From the NCBI GenBank assembly GCA_964199315.1, contig OZ116704.1, forward strand, positions 30,380,001 through 30,444,000: a stretch of DNA of 64,000 nt, written 5' to 3'. Made by a program: the position numbers and the translations under genes. Shown one piece after another: positions 25,501 through 38,700 of this stretch (position 1 is its first letter; every line of letters begins with the position of its first letter). The DNA is from Orbicella franksi. Its lineage: Eukaryota. Below the pieces are notes generated by a model. It searched no databases. It was given only the letters and a program-made list of their open reading frames with translations, and was not told where the DNA came from.

Positions 25501-27500
25501 GGTTTTGAGTATACTTGCCTGTAAGATTATTTCAGTAACATTTTGAAGCCAGAAAAACCAAACCACAGGTCGAATACCTAAAGGTGAAGTTGGATAGATA
25601 CATGCTTTTATTGCAGGAGGAGTTTGGCCGGCCCCGGTTAGCTAGACTAATACCAAGCACGGAAATTAAAGAGAATGGGATGATGGATTAGATCCCGGAT
25701 TACAACAACTTTTATGAAGTACTGAATGAGGCACAAATAGACCTAATTTACTTCTTAATGCGCGAAACCATACCGTCGAGGAATTTCCGTTTCTTTTAAA
25801 ATCTTTGAAAACTAGTAAACGAAACAGACAATGATTCATAAGGGGACTAAATTCATGATGATATAGAATGTAGCGTTTTCTGGTAAAAAAGTATTAAAAA
25901 CTGAAGCTTTCCTTTCCTTTTAAATTCATTTTATTTATTGCTTCACGGGTAACGGCTTGTAGTCAACTGGCTGACTTTCCGGTATAACAGCATCGGACAG
26001 TGGAATTAAATAATAAAGGTTTTATGACAGGTGGCTTGGCTAAAATGGAAGCTTATAGACAAAATTAATAAAATCAGATTCTGGTGTTTCGGGGGTAGAC
26101 AGTTTCTGCCAATTTGTCTTTCATTTTAAAAAGATTATTCAAATTTGGGTTTTTTATCTTCGTTAAATTGAGGGGGTTATGTTTTGCTCAAAATCTTGGA
26201 TAGAGACATTTAAGTGAAACTAATAACAAATGTTGCTCTTTTCTAGACTATTATACACATTTAGAACGATATTTTATTTAGGTCAAATGTACGAAAACTC
26301 AAGGTTTTCCTTTTTTCGTAAATAAAACATTCAAATAGTTGGCCATGTATGGTGCAAGTTGCGATTATCGCTCGAACGTTACATTCAGTTTTGTACCACA
26401 TTTAGTACTTTTATCTAAGTACTTTACATTAATGCGGCTTTCATTAACACTGTAATGGCCCGAAACCAAGGCCGTTTATGGCGGAGGATAAGGTGCATAC
26501 GTCGAATACATTTGATTGAAATTTTAATTTTCTTGTAGATATTTACTAGCAGGAAATTAGCACAAGCTTAAAACTAAATTTGAATACCTGCCGATGTCAA
26601 CTCTTTGCGGCTTTAACGACTTTGTTTTATATAGAAATCTATCCCGAATCGAAACGACCAAAAAATGTATATATGTTTCGGGTTGTTTTGTAGGAGCGTA
26701 AAGTTGTCTCTCTTTAAACAAAAGTGCTGGAATAAATTGCTAAATATCTTTGTACTAGCTAGGTTAACGCGAATCCCCGCGGTTGTCAATTTTCAGAAAT
26801 TATTTACAACGTTTATTTTGGCAAATTTTTAATTAGAATTAAGGACCGCTTTATTTATTTTGATTTTAAAATGACTGCCGCGATGGCGTAGCTTCTAACG
26901 TGTTTTGCTTTCAGTTAAACCTTATAAAACAGCAAGAAAATATACAGTGAATGTTCAGAGAAAAATCAGTCGATCAGTATATTAAAACTGACGGTTTTTT
27001 AATTAACGTACGCAGAAACATCTACCCTGTTTGGCGCCGGTGAAGCTTTCTGCAGCGCCGCATTTAATCATTAAAGGATTCCCATTGCATTCTTTATTTT
27101 GCAATTTGCTTCATGCGGTTAAATGCGGTGCCGTAATTATGGTGACTAATTAATTTAAGGCTTAGAAAGTGGGAAGAAATCCCCTTAAGTGCTCTGTATT
27201 TGGCCACTTTATACGACAAATTACTTGTTACTTTGAGCGGATAGAAAATGAAATTACTTTCATCGATAATCGTTAAAAATCAACTCTTGTAAATTCCAAG
27301 TCGAACGTTATCAGCGAGAGGCTTTGTTCTTTGTCAAATTTCCAAGAACATAAATAATGTTTGGTATCCTTTCATTTGCTTTTTGTTGGTGAGACCTTTA
27401 TTTACAGAAGATTTGTTGCCGTTGCAGAACCTACTGACCGCCAAATTGACAGCCTCGGGCGATTCTTCGCTGTAGTCGGCCATCGAAAATAACAAAAAAA

Positions 27501-28562
27501 ATGTCTTCTTCAACCCCGAATGACATGTTTTCGAATATTACAAGAACCACAGCTGGTAACCTCACTCAAGAATCGACAGAAAGCAACATTAAAGTCTACA
27601 TGAAGTCCTTCAAACTCGCTCTGTACGCCATCATCTTTCTCGTCAGCGCAATCGGGAACATCTTAGTTTGTGTTATCATTTTCAAGAAGAGGAGGATGAA
27701 GACCGTCACAAATTATTTCATCCTGAACCTGGCTTTCGCCGACCTAACGCTCACACTGATTTGCATCCCATTTGACATTCCCGTGCAAGAGATGAATTAC
27801 AGGTGGCCTTACGGATCTTTCATGTGCAACATCCTCTATCCACTCCAGACCATGTCGCTTTTCGCGTCGATTTTCACACTAACCGCGGTCAGCTTGACGC
27901 GTTACTGGGCGATATTGCACCCACTCCGTCGACAGCTTAGCATCACCAACGCCAAATGGGTGATTGTAATCATCTGGTTGCTCTCTATAGTACCTGTGTC
28001 CCCTTACATTAGTGTTTTGAGCCTTGACGAGCAAACGGGCTGGTGTGATGAGCACTGGAGTAACAAACACAGCAGAAAGATATACACAGTAGCCCTCTTT
28101 GTTGCGGAGTATGCCGTTCCTCTAAGCATCATCGGAGCTGCGTACATAAGCATTGGAAGAGAACTAGGAAAGAAAAAGTCAGCACAGGAAAACAAGTTTC
28201 TCCAAAACGCCCAAAATGAGGAGGCGTCGAAAGTAATTCGCATGCTTGTTGCTGTGACAATTTTGTTTGCTGTTTGTGTCCTACCGACCAACATCATGTG
28301 GATATGGTTGGACTTTGGCAATGCTAAGCAGTTTACCCATTTTTGGGAACTGGTTGCGTTTTGCAATATATTAACTTTTGCCAATAGTGCTGCTAACCCG
28401 GTGTGTTACACCATAACCAATGCGAATTACCGCAAAGAGATCATCTTCCTTTTAAAAGGGTGCGTTAAGAGGCAACGCCATCTACAATCTGATGAGATGA
28501 AGATGCTTGAAACGTCCAGAGATCTGAGCGGTCGTCGATCAACTGGATACACTTCAGTCTAG
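27501..28562 (+). CDS. Rhodopsin-class GPCR, neuropeptide-receptor-like, paralog 3, 353 aa
   Basis: 7TM with IGN, NLAFAD, SLTRYW, YAVP, CVLP and NSAANPVCY, plus ECL2 WCDEHW. It has the same CIPFDIPVQEMNYRWPYG block as the other two. The coding region is intronless, with a good start context (aaaaATGT) and a candidate 5'UTR acceptor at 27406-27407. Confidence 0.94.
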   Translation: MSSSTPNDMFSNITRTTAGNLTQESTESNIKVYMKSFKLALYAIIFLVSAIGNILVCVIIFKKRRMKTVTNYFILNLAFADLTLTLICIPFDIPVQEMNYRWPYGSFMCNILYPLQTMSLFASIFTLTAVSLTRYWAILHPLRRQLSITNAKWVIVIIWLLSIVPVSPYISVLSLDEQTGWCDEHWSNKHSRKIYTVALFVAEYAVPLSIIGAAYISIGRELGKKKSAQENKFLQNAQNEEASKVIRMLVAVTILFAVCVLPTNIMWIWLDFGNAKQFTHFWELVAFCNILTFANSAANPVCYTITNANYRKEIIFLLKGCVKRQRHLQSDEMKMLETSRDLSGRRSTGYTSV

Positions 28563-28807
28563 GAAACGACAATTTTTTGCCTGCAAAAAATGGTCGTTCA
28601 CAAATGGCATTTAAAAAAATGTGCATTACTGTTTCAGCCTTAGGTGAAATCACTCGTAGAAACCGGCCACCGTAGGTCCACATATTTACTGATAAAGAAC
28701 ACAATTAATCTGACAACCGATCTGACTACCTAGCTTACGCGTAGAAGTTCATCAGAGGAACTTCTCTTTTACAAGTGAAAACATGAAAGATCATATGTGA
28801 TGACACT

Positions 28808-28940
28808 GTTGGTAGAGGACTGCATCGGTATTGCAGAGGTCATGGCTTCCTGTACAAGCCAGAATGTCGTTTAAAGCTTTAATTTGACAACCGCTTTTAA
28901 TTTTTTTGTATATAACTGTGATGATCATTCATGTCTTCAG
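28808..28940 (+). mobile_element. Degraded tRNA-like SINE remnant
   Basis: gttggtagaggactgcatcggtattgcagaggtcatggcttc resembles a tRNA D-arm/anticodon region with an eroded B box, followed by ...tataactgtgatgatcattcatgtcttc. Recognised from memory as a common cnidarian repeat. Confidence 0.45.
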
Positions 28941-29485
28941 AACGTTTTTGTGTTATCCATTAACATTATAGCCAGCTCGCTGTTGCCTAATTCTTAATAA
29001 ATAGATCGCATCTTGGAATTGCACTAGAAGAAAGAACTGATAATAAATAATAAATCTGATAAACATATTTTCTGTTCTACCCGGATTGCCCTCTGGCAAT
29101 GACGGTTGCAATTTCCTGAAACGTGGAAATTGACAATATATTGTAAATTAGAAATAAAATCCGTGAACGCATGTGGAGACACAGGTTTTTTCATCATTAC
29201 TTTTTTTTTCTTTTTTCTTTTAATAAATTTTAAAATTATCTAAAGGGGGAATTCTGTCACCTATCCAGTGTCACTATTGCACGCTGGGTATGTGTTGCCG
29301 GATCAGAAGATTGTCTTTGATTTCGTGGTCACTTGGTTTGATCTTCTGCTTTGCAATTTTTGGGTGAGTCTCGCGTCAAGTTTCGCGTCAATTTGACAAT
29401 ATAACTACATAAGTGGATAAATAAAGTTCACTAAGGGAAGTTATACCTGCCCCTATCGGTAATAAATAAATAGCTGTAATTGGCA

Positions 29486-29646
29486 AATAGGCCAATTTTC
29501 GAACCTTCGTGCAAAACCTTTCTTATGAAAATGACCTTGATTTGCATGAAAGTGAACCTGTGAGGGGATCACATTTTCATATGAATGGTTTCGTACTTAG
29601 ATTTGTTTTGACACAGAGGCAAAAGGCAACTCGGAAATGGCCTATT
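29486..29646. mobile_element. MITE (aataggcc...ggcctatt termini)
   Basis: Inverted termini aataggccaattttcga and tcggaaatggcctatt; a related copy lies at ~61983-62170. Confidence 0.65.
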
Positions 29647-29875
29647 GATAGGTTGACGTGATATGATATGATATGATGAGTAGTTACACTTGTAATCTTC
29701 TATTTTAATAAAATCGTTTATAACATGTATTTCATCCAACCATCACCGTCAAATATGAAATAGCAACCTAGCTACAAACAAAAAAAAGATACATTGTAAA
29801 CAACATCAACCGACAAGGGACAATTAATTTCGTTAACAGTTAAATTCACTGTTCGACCGATCGAGCGACCGCTCG

Positions 29876-30062
29876 CGACTGACTGACTTGCTAGCTGACT
29901 GGCTGGCTGGCTGGCTGACTGACTGACTGACTGACTGCTGACTGACTGACTGACTGACTGAGCAACTGACTGACTGGCTGGCTGACAGACTGACTGACTG
30001 GCTGATTGACTGAAAGGCTGATTGACTGAATGGCTGATTGACTGAATGGCTGATTGCTTGAT
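29876..30062. repeat. Compound (GACT)n/(GGCT)n/(GATT)n tetranucleotide microsatellite
   Basis: Directly visible gact/ggct units grading into ggctgattgactgaat sub-repeats. Confidence 0.9.
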
Positions 30063-31751
30063 TAATCGTCTTCGTGATCGATTCCGCTTGATTCTGTTTG
30101 ATTTGTCTCCGATTAGCCGCCCTTTTTGGATCTGGTCTCTTGGATTTTACTATGTTTATAAAACGTAACGCGACAACAAAAACAACAGTGGCTGCGATAA
30201 GCTAAGAAAGAAAAAATCCAACTAAACTAAACTAAACGTTTTCTAAAGCAAAATTAAATTGGATTGTGCTAAACATAGGTTTGACAGTCTTAATTTCACT
30301 GATTGGCTTTCAGGCGTATTGACTGTCAATTAATAGAAATCTCCAGCTCTAGTTTTAATGTTAGATAAACAAGAACCCAATCTCTTACAAATTTCAGTTG
30401 GACTAACACTAACAGCCACTTCTCTACAACGACCCCTTTTTTTGGTCCCGGTGGCCACCTCTCGGCAACGGCAATGGTCGACTGACAAACGGTGTATACA
30501 ACATCCAATATATTTCCTTTGTTGTTAAAGGTCGCCAATCTAGATCTGCATTGCGCGTCGTTGGTCTCTGTTTCTATTTAGTTTCTCTCTTCTTGATATA
30601 TTTTATCGTGTTACGTATGTATTTGCTAAAATGAGCATTTTCGGGAAAAGAAAGAATTTCTCACCCAGGGGAAACAAGAAGGAAAAAGAAAGTGTCAGTT
30701 TACACCCTTACTTCCCCATAACTTCCACCTATCTACAAGGGTAACTTTCCTCCCTCCCCAACGAGGCCTTTGTGGGGAGGCTCAACTGTATTTGCCATTG
30801 ATTTTTTTTTCTCATTTTCCATTTCTATTATTGCTTGTGCGATTTCAACTAGGTATCGTAGATTTGAATGAAATAAAATAGCTTAAATACAATAGATGAC
30901 TTAGTTGCTCAGGGATATTAAGAAACTGTTGACAAAATGTCCTTGTTATTCTGGAAACAATAAACGGCACACGAAATAGGCCGACAGCGTGAAGATAAAA
31001 ATATAAAATTGCTTAAATTTAGTTAACTCTTTTCGGATCGCTCTAATTACACTCAACAACAATAACTGAACGAAATAAACATGATGACAAAATGACACAT
31101 ATTTTTGCTGTATTATTTTTGGTATATCAGTTGTTAATGTTTCTGTCTTCCAAAGCACGCTGACTCCGACAGAACCCCTACAATTCTCTACAAATCAATT
31201 AGCTAATTATTTTTACTCCAAGGAGATGTGATAATTTCGTTTGGGATTAATCACAGTGGGACGTCTCGCTGTTCTGTATACAATGATATAACCCTTGTTA
31301 GTTGGTTAACAATTAACGGAGACATCTGGTGTAGTCCTCAATTTAGAGTGAATGTTAAACATTTGTTGCATTTTCCTCTACATGTATATTTATAGTTTCC
31401 ATGTAAGCCCTGATTTTAAACTTTTATCATTCTTGGGACGGTCACTTTGATCTCCAGTTTGAGCTGAATTTGATGTTGTAGCGCAATGTAAATGCGAATG
31501 CAGGTGGTACAATTAATTGTTGAAAAAGAAAAAGGCGATTTAAATGATAATTAAAACTTTCAGTTTTCCATGGTCATTGCGTTATTATTAAACAGTTGAC
31601 CTTTAATTGCCAAAGTCTGTTTAGATTGCCATGGAAATAACCACTGTTAAACTCGTCGCACAACTGATGTAAACAACCAATACAAAGTCTTACTGGGCGG
31701 TGGACTTGACTTGACTAGAAGGATCTTGCAGCTCAACACTCTTGCAGCAAC

Positions 31752-34700
31752 ATGGATAAAGCAATTGACAGTAGAAACATCGGTGCTGACACGATTGTCA
31801 AAGACAATCCTACATCAATCAGAAGGTTGCTACGAGAATTTTGTGGCTATACAACCGCCCATGGTCTCGGTCGACTTTCAGAGAGCAAGAATATGATCAG
31901 CCTTTTGACATGGAGCTTGTTTTGCATCGGAGCGTCCACCATGTTTGTGCTGCAAGTGTACAATTTATTTCTTATATACTTAAGCCGTCCCGTTTCCACC
32001 GTGGTCAAGGTTGAACATGAAAGTGTAAGTATTTAATTCTTTACTTACCGTTCATCAGTTTAAACAAGTGCGTACGTTAGCTGAGATCTTGAGCCTACCT
32101 TCCGTCAATATCAAACCTCTTTATGAAAGAATACTGTGGCAGACCAGCTATTCAAGTCGAAGAATGAAATTGTGAGCATCCTGTAAAAAAGAACTCATGA
32201 AGACTTTACAAAAAAGAAAATGCTGCCGCGCAGAAAAAATTGCAGCTCATTAAGTATTTTTATTATTTAAAGTAGAGTTATCCACAAAAACGGATCACCT
32301 TATAAAGTATTGTTTTTAGTTAACATAATCCAATTTATTTTACATTCAGCGCGCTCAGTTTCCCGCTGTGACCATATGCAACATGAATATGCTGCGAATT
32401 GGAGAGCTTCCTGACAGTTACATAAAGGATATACTGGAAGCTTACACGCCATACGGTAATATAGTCAGACCATAGGGGAAAGTAAGAGGTGGGAAGGGGT
32501 AGATGAATACCGGCCAGTGGGGATGTTTTTCAATCTAGAAATTGAGTTGCCATGAGTCAGCAAAATGGAAAGGTTAAGAATATATGGAATATATACTTCA
32601 ACACAAGTAGAATATACACTTTAGCACAATTCAATTCAATACAATTTTAATTCAATTCATAAGGTCTATCTTTGGGAGACACCTACTTTCTAAGCTGTTA
32701 AATGTAAAAAAAATATATATTTCTGTACCCGTTCAATAATATGGCTGGTTTGTTCAAAAGTAGTTAATACTATTAAAACAAATATTTATATAATCATCAC
32801 TTGACGTATATATTTTGACAAATCGTGTGCAAGAAAAATACATCTTTGGTTCACAAACGGTCATAATGGCGACTGGTTTTTTTTTTTTTTTGGTCAATTT
32901 TAATTTTGTTTTAAGTGAATGGATCACACTGGGATGAACAAACTAGCAACACATCAGCTAATGCGAGCTTTTGGGAAGACGATTTCTCCTTTGAGTCTTC
33001 TGGAGAGGAATATATCGTCGATGACGAGGAGTCTGTCTATTTTGGAAGTTCAGCTGAGGAAGCCAAAGGGCTTGAATATCAGATTGAAGAAGCTCTACTC
33101 GCCAAGGTAGCACAAGAGAATGATTCCACGCTGTTTGCGACGGGACATCAGTTCAAAGATTTTGTGTTTGATTGCTCATACAGAGGATATGATTGCAGGT
33201 AGTTTATTCATCTCTTATTTTAAGTGCAAGGGTTTTAATGTTAGTTGTCGTACCTACGAAACGATTCCACCTTTCTTTTTCTCTCCCCCTCACCCAATTG
33301 TTTTGAGGTCCCCTCCTTCGTTCCTTGCCAACAAGAGATGATTACCAAACATAATTTTCGAAACCTAAGAGAGTTGACTTTGTCATACCGATGCTGAGTT
33401 GTATCATTGAAATAATACCAACACATGGTCTATTATACAGTTAATCATTGTTCCCGAGGAAAACAGCTAGTTATGTTTTCCCAAAAATCTCGATGCCTAC
33501 CGAGAGGAAGTCGATGGAAACATCGAGAGAGATTCAAAGGAAACCAAACTACCAGTGATTATAGCTCGAGTTTAGTGCAAATTTATAAGTATTCCTCAAA
33601 GGCACTCATGGTTGGTAAGATTGCTATGTTGCCCACCGGGCATTCGCCGAAGTCACTTAACCATAAGCCAATCAACGAGCTTGCGCGCTAGATTCAACTT
33701 AACTCTTAGCTATATAATAATTTCAGTTATTTATCCTTATAGTAACTACATAAGATACTGGCATACCTTCTGGGACTTTCGCTTTGGCAACTGTTTCACT
33801 TTTAATGGTGGAATCAACGACTTAGGTGAAAGCCAGAAAGTCTTACATTCGTTCAACACTGGACCTGCTGGAGGTAACGTGAGATCGGGGGTTTATTGAG
33901 GTTACTCCATGGAAAATGTGTATAAATTAGTTGAGCAGTATCCGAGCACGAACGATCGAGGAGCGCAGCTAACGAGTGAGTCTTCTGATACAGCTCAATG
34001 AGTGGATAGAAATCGTGTTAAGCATTTTATTTTTAAATCGTGCTTTCCCCTTACGTTAAGTTTTTCCCTTTTTGATTTAAAAATAGCTTGAGTAATAAAA
34101 CACAATGAATATTGCTGTCAACTTCAAATATATCAACAGAAAAAAGTGATCAGTTCAATTACCGCTGGAAGAAGTAAACTCTACAACATCATAGTATTTA
34201 GGGGTAAACCATTTGACTTTTGAGCGGGAAGGGTGGATAATTTTGAGCAGAAAAAAAAACAAAAACAAAAAAACATATGTTGCAAGCATACTTGTATCCA
34301 AAAAGTCATTTATAAGACCACTAGCAAATCAAAAAAGTTCACGTACGTTCAGTAGGCCAAAAGTGGCATGTTAGACGGAGGAAAAAAATATCATGCGTAC
34401 AGACGTCCCGCGAAAAACATTTCCAGCACACGGAAAGATTTAAAGAAAAATTCGTGCCTATACCCAATCACCCACATCCCTTCCCTCCTAATTTTATGGC
34501 CCGATGCCATACATAAGGAATCAGATATGTTCAGCTAAGTAAAGGTAAGCTTTTGTTTTCTTTCTTTCCTTCGTTTGTTCGTTAAACTACCTGCAGGTCT
34601 GAAGTTGCAACTGTTCATAGAACAGTCACAGTACATTTCAGAATTGTCTCACGCGGCTGGAGCAAGAGTGGTCATTCACGACCAAGGACTGATGCCATTT

Positions 34701-37606
34701 CCAGACAACGAAGGCAACGATGTTTTGCCAAGCCGTTCCACTTCATTTGCGATACGAAAGGTATCACGTGATAAACGCAACTGATCGGGAGGAACCCCAC
34801 ATCAACCTCCTCTGTTCTCTAGCCCTCTATTCCGGTCAAATTGGAATTTGAAAATGTTGCTTTTTGTGGAGGGAGGAAAAACAAAGGACCTTGAGAAAAA
34901 TGTTTGGAGCGAAGCGCGAACCAGCAACAAACTCAACCCGCATTTGGCAACGGGCCGAAATCGAACCCGGGCCAGATTGGTGGGAGGCCATCGCTCTCTC
35001 TACTGGGTCATGCCTGAGAAAGCACGTATAAATTCAAATGAGGTGGGGGAGGGAGCATTAAATTTGTATTTTGAAAAGATATCTTCTGAAGGTCAAAATT
35101 GCCAGTACAACAATTATTTGTACTTGAAGCATCTGATCTCACACAATTATATTGATACCTGTCGAATATTCTTCGTTCTAGAGTGTTATTGAGCGTGTGG
35201 ACCCCTTTGGCAATGGCAGTTGCATTTCAGGGGGTGACTTCAGAGATAATATCTACGCAAAGAAGTTCAATACCACATTCTCCAGACAGGTAAATATTTG
35301 GAATAAGGGTTATTGTAAAAACGAAGTAATTTCTTCTAAGATTGCATAACACAGTGTAAACCAAAATGTAATTAGTAATTAGTTTACGGACCTAACTTAA
35401 AATTTGAGGATAGAGAGTTTAAGCATGACGTTACGGCAGACGGCAAACGGCAAAGATTACCTCTGATTTTTTTTTCTTTTCTTGTCATAAATCACACAAA
35501 AATTGAAACACGTCTTGTACTATACACCGCAAATAAAAATATTTTCACTCTACTGAACAGACAGCTGAAGACAGACGGCAAAAGTTTCATTTTTGCCTTT
35601 TGCCGTTTGACGTAACGTCATGCTTTAAAATCTCTCTATTGGTTGAGACATTCACTTATTAAAATTTACAAGAAAGTAAATAAAGCAAAGGCAGCAAGTT
35701 CTTGTAAATGACTAATATGCATATGACTGGATTTATTTCTTTTTTTTTAATCTGTTTTTTTGTATTTATTTAATTTTCATTGACTTGAAGTTACTTACAT
35801 TTTTTTTTGTAAACACACATAGTTTATAAACAAACAGGTACATCATGGATTTACATACGTACACCTCAGTTCCTCTTAACTCTCTTCTCACCTTCAGATA
35901 CACCGCAGCAACAACACGAGACTGTCTAAATATCAATCTAATTGTTTTCGTACGTGCCCCATTTCATACTGTGAGCTTTTAATTTATTAGCTGATTTTGC
36001 GATCATTGCCTCAAGCAGGTGAATCATTTCAATTTTGGAATTAAATACTGTATTTATGAAATCCGTGTCAATACCTGCCATATGCACTTGAGGACGCCAT
36101 TTCTTCAACACTGTTCTCATACATCCAGACATATATGTGTCTTATGTTAATTATAGGGCTCACACCCTTCGCCTTAATTCTAGAAAGTATCATTAATTAA
36201 ATTAAATTAATTAATTGATTTACTAATTTATGTATGATGTATACATAAATCATGATTGCATGATTCACTTGTTTCTCTCAAATAGGCTTGTTTGAATTCA
36301 TGTCTTGCTAAGAAGCAGATTACAGAATGTGGATGTACAGAAGCTCAATTTCCAGCTGACGCAGATGTATGTGATATAAGGAACACTTCTACAGGTAATT
36401 ATAGTTAGACAGTATAATAGTATAATATTATAGTAATATAATACAATACAATATATAATATATGGGTCTTTTATAAGCTGAGCCTGTTGCTTGTCGCTGT
36501 TGATTTGAGTAGTCTGTCTAGTATAATCATGTATTTGGAAAACATGAATGTCTCAACTAGGAAACGTTGTGTTTCTGTTAGAGCTAGTTTTAGAGATATA
36601 TATCAAAAACTATGCGAAAGTATTCAAGAAGACACAACAAATAGAACAAGGCATCTTTAAGACATTAATTGATTGTGCTCGTCACAATGTCGATCAATAG
36701 AGCGTTTCAACGGCGCCGTTTTGGTGTTCCCATGCGATAGGAAATGAATAGGAGATGAATTTTCCACGAAGAGAACTTAAGCTGTTAAAGAACACCAATG
36801 TGACGCCATACCAAAATGGTCAATATTTCATAGTTGATTTAAATTTCAGAATGAATTTCGTAAAGCGTCAGTTTTCCATTTGTTGGGTCCAATAAGTTTA
36901 GATTGTTGGGGTATTCCACTTGAACCTATATCAGTATTAACTTATTCTGGATATAAGTATTAACTTATTCTGCACATTCAGAACAAAGAAGGAGTAGTTT
37001 TTGTAATCGAGAAATGTGATTACTCTCTGTTTAATTTTATGGATAATTCAAAGGGATGCATCTTTGTGTTTAAGTCTGAGGAAATACACTCTACTTCATT
37101 CTTGAAAACTTTAAAAAATAATCGCTCTGAAACTTTTGTAATGGCCCCTACAAACTTCTCTCTTAAATCTCGGGTTGTTTTAACAAGTAGAGTCTTATTC
37201 GTTTGTATCATATTCTTAATTTTCTCTTCATTCTAAACCTTCGTTACCTTCTTATATCTTATGTGGACTAATAACTTATCCTTCTCTGTCTCTCGTCTAA
37301 TTTTTCTAGCGAAGTGTTTGGATGTTTTACGGCGAGATCTATTATCAGGAGAACTGAACTGTGAAGTAACTTGTCCAACACCATGCACGTATGTTGTCTA
37401 CATGTAAATCATTAATTACCTTCACATTGTACTAAGCTCATTTATACGTTTTGCAAGACATATTTACTCTAAGATCCATTCAGCGCAGAATGCAAAGCAT
37501 GGTTTAATAGCGTGGGGCAGAAGCCTGTTGCCACAAAAGAGCAGCCGCACTGCCGTATAATGCAAATTATAAACCGAATTGAAAGCTCTTACTGTTGCAC
37601 TTTCAG

Positions 37607-37641
<35 letters not shown>

Positions 37642-38700
37642 GCGGCTGCTGCTGTGTTGAGATGTGCTTTTTTATATGTGTACCTACTGTAAAGCCTACT
37701 GTATTTTTTTTTCCAGTGAAGTCATATTCAGGACTTCGCTATCGATGGGCCAATGGCCTTCATTTGGATATGAGGTGAATAATTGGTGGTATTACGATAA
37801 TGATGATAAGCACGATGATGATGATGATGATTTAAATTAAACAGCATTGCACGTTTCCCCTCCCCCCCCCCCCCCCCACAGGAAGTAAAATGATATTACA
37901 GTTGTTTTTGCTTTCTGTGTTTGACTAGAATAAAGCGTCAATTCTGATAACACAGAAACATAAAAACAAAAAAAAAAACAAAACAGAACAAAACAAAACA
38001 AAACAAAAAAAAAACAGATGAAATTAAATGATAAGCAAATGAAAGATGGGAAGGAAGAGGGCGGATAAACTTGGGTGATATGAATTCATGGTCACTTGTT
38101 GCACGGTTACGTGTCCATAGAAATATCAAACCATCTGAGTTATTTTATTCAGGAAATTCTTGAGCAAAAAGTCCAAAACAAAGAAGTGTACACATCAGAA
38201 GGAGACTTTGGATACCACCTCAGGCAAGTTAAAACACTTGGTTATATAGAGACTAAGTAGCAGCCAAATAACGACATATTTTACTTATACTGCGAATCTT
38301 CTTTTTCAGAGAGAACTTTCTCGAAGTAAGAATATTTTTCGAGCAACTCAATTTCGAAAGAGTCGTCGAGAGAATTAGCTACAAGGTAATTTAATGACGT
38401 TCAGTATTTCAGAATTTGTAATTAACACTTCTGCTACGCTACCATGTAGCCACTTAGTTGAGCTGGTGGGGTATCTGTTTTATCGGTCTCTATAATCAGT
38501 TACAACAATCACATAGCACTAGTGTTATTTCGGTTTGGCAGGAAGTCAACCTCGTGGCAGACATTGGAGGGCAGCTGGGACTCTGGATTGGTATTTCAGT
38601 GTTGACATGCTGCGAGTTGCTGGAGCTTATTCTCCTAATTATCCAAACTGTTTTTAAAAGGATGTTCTCAACGAACATTATACACGTCAAACCTGCTTGA
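31752..38700 (+). CDS. DEG/ENaC (degenerin/amiloride-sensitive sodium channel) family subunit, paralog 1, 12 coding exons, 538 aa
   Basis: Exons 31752-32024, 32350-32455, 32916-33198, 33743-33873, 34597-34760, 35182-35289, 36286-36394, 37310-37388, 37717-37774, 38153-38223, 38310-38385 and 38542-38700 join in frame (1617 nt). Motifs: TTAHG pre-TM1, [17 protein letters not shown], Cys-rich thumb, and TM2 [23 protein letters not shown]. All introns are GT-AG except intron 10 (GC-AG). Confidence 0.93.
34830..35014 (-). mobile_element. tRNA-derived SINE (V-domain-like) in intron 5 of channel 1
   Basis: Minus strand: ggcatgacccagtagagagagcgatggcctcccaccaatctggcccGGGTTCGATTTC (B box; plus 34957-34968), then gggttgagtttgttg...tttttctcaagg...tttttcctccctccac...ttcaaattccaatttgaccgg. 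Confidence 0.65.
35410..35639. mobile_element. MITE in intron 6 of channel 1
   Basis: ~40-bp TIRs: atagagagtttaagcatgacgttacggcagacggcaaa versus the reverse complement atagagagattttaaagcatgacgttacgtcaaacggcaaa. Confidence 0.8.

Noticed and set aside
25560-25700. Protein-like stretch PQVEYLKVKLDRYMLLLQEEFGRPRL... in the intergenic region
   Set aside because: It is about 40 codons ending in a stop, with no recognisable family or exon partners; possibly a decayed TE.
35938-36132. 64-aa minus-strand ORF in intron 6 of channel 1 as a nested gene
   Set aside because: It has no recognisable motif and no supporting splice partner, and its length is within chance expectation.
37512-37778. Poly-Cys ORF resembling a metallothionein
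   Set aside because: It is a translation of an intronic (GTT)n microsatellite, and it overlaps the real exon 9 of channel 1 in another frame.
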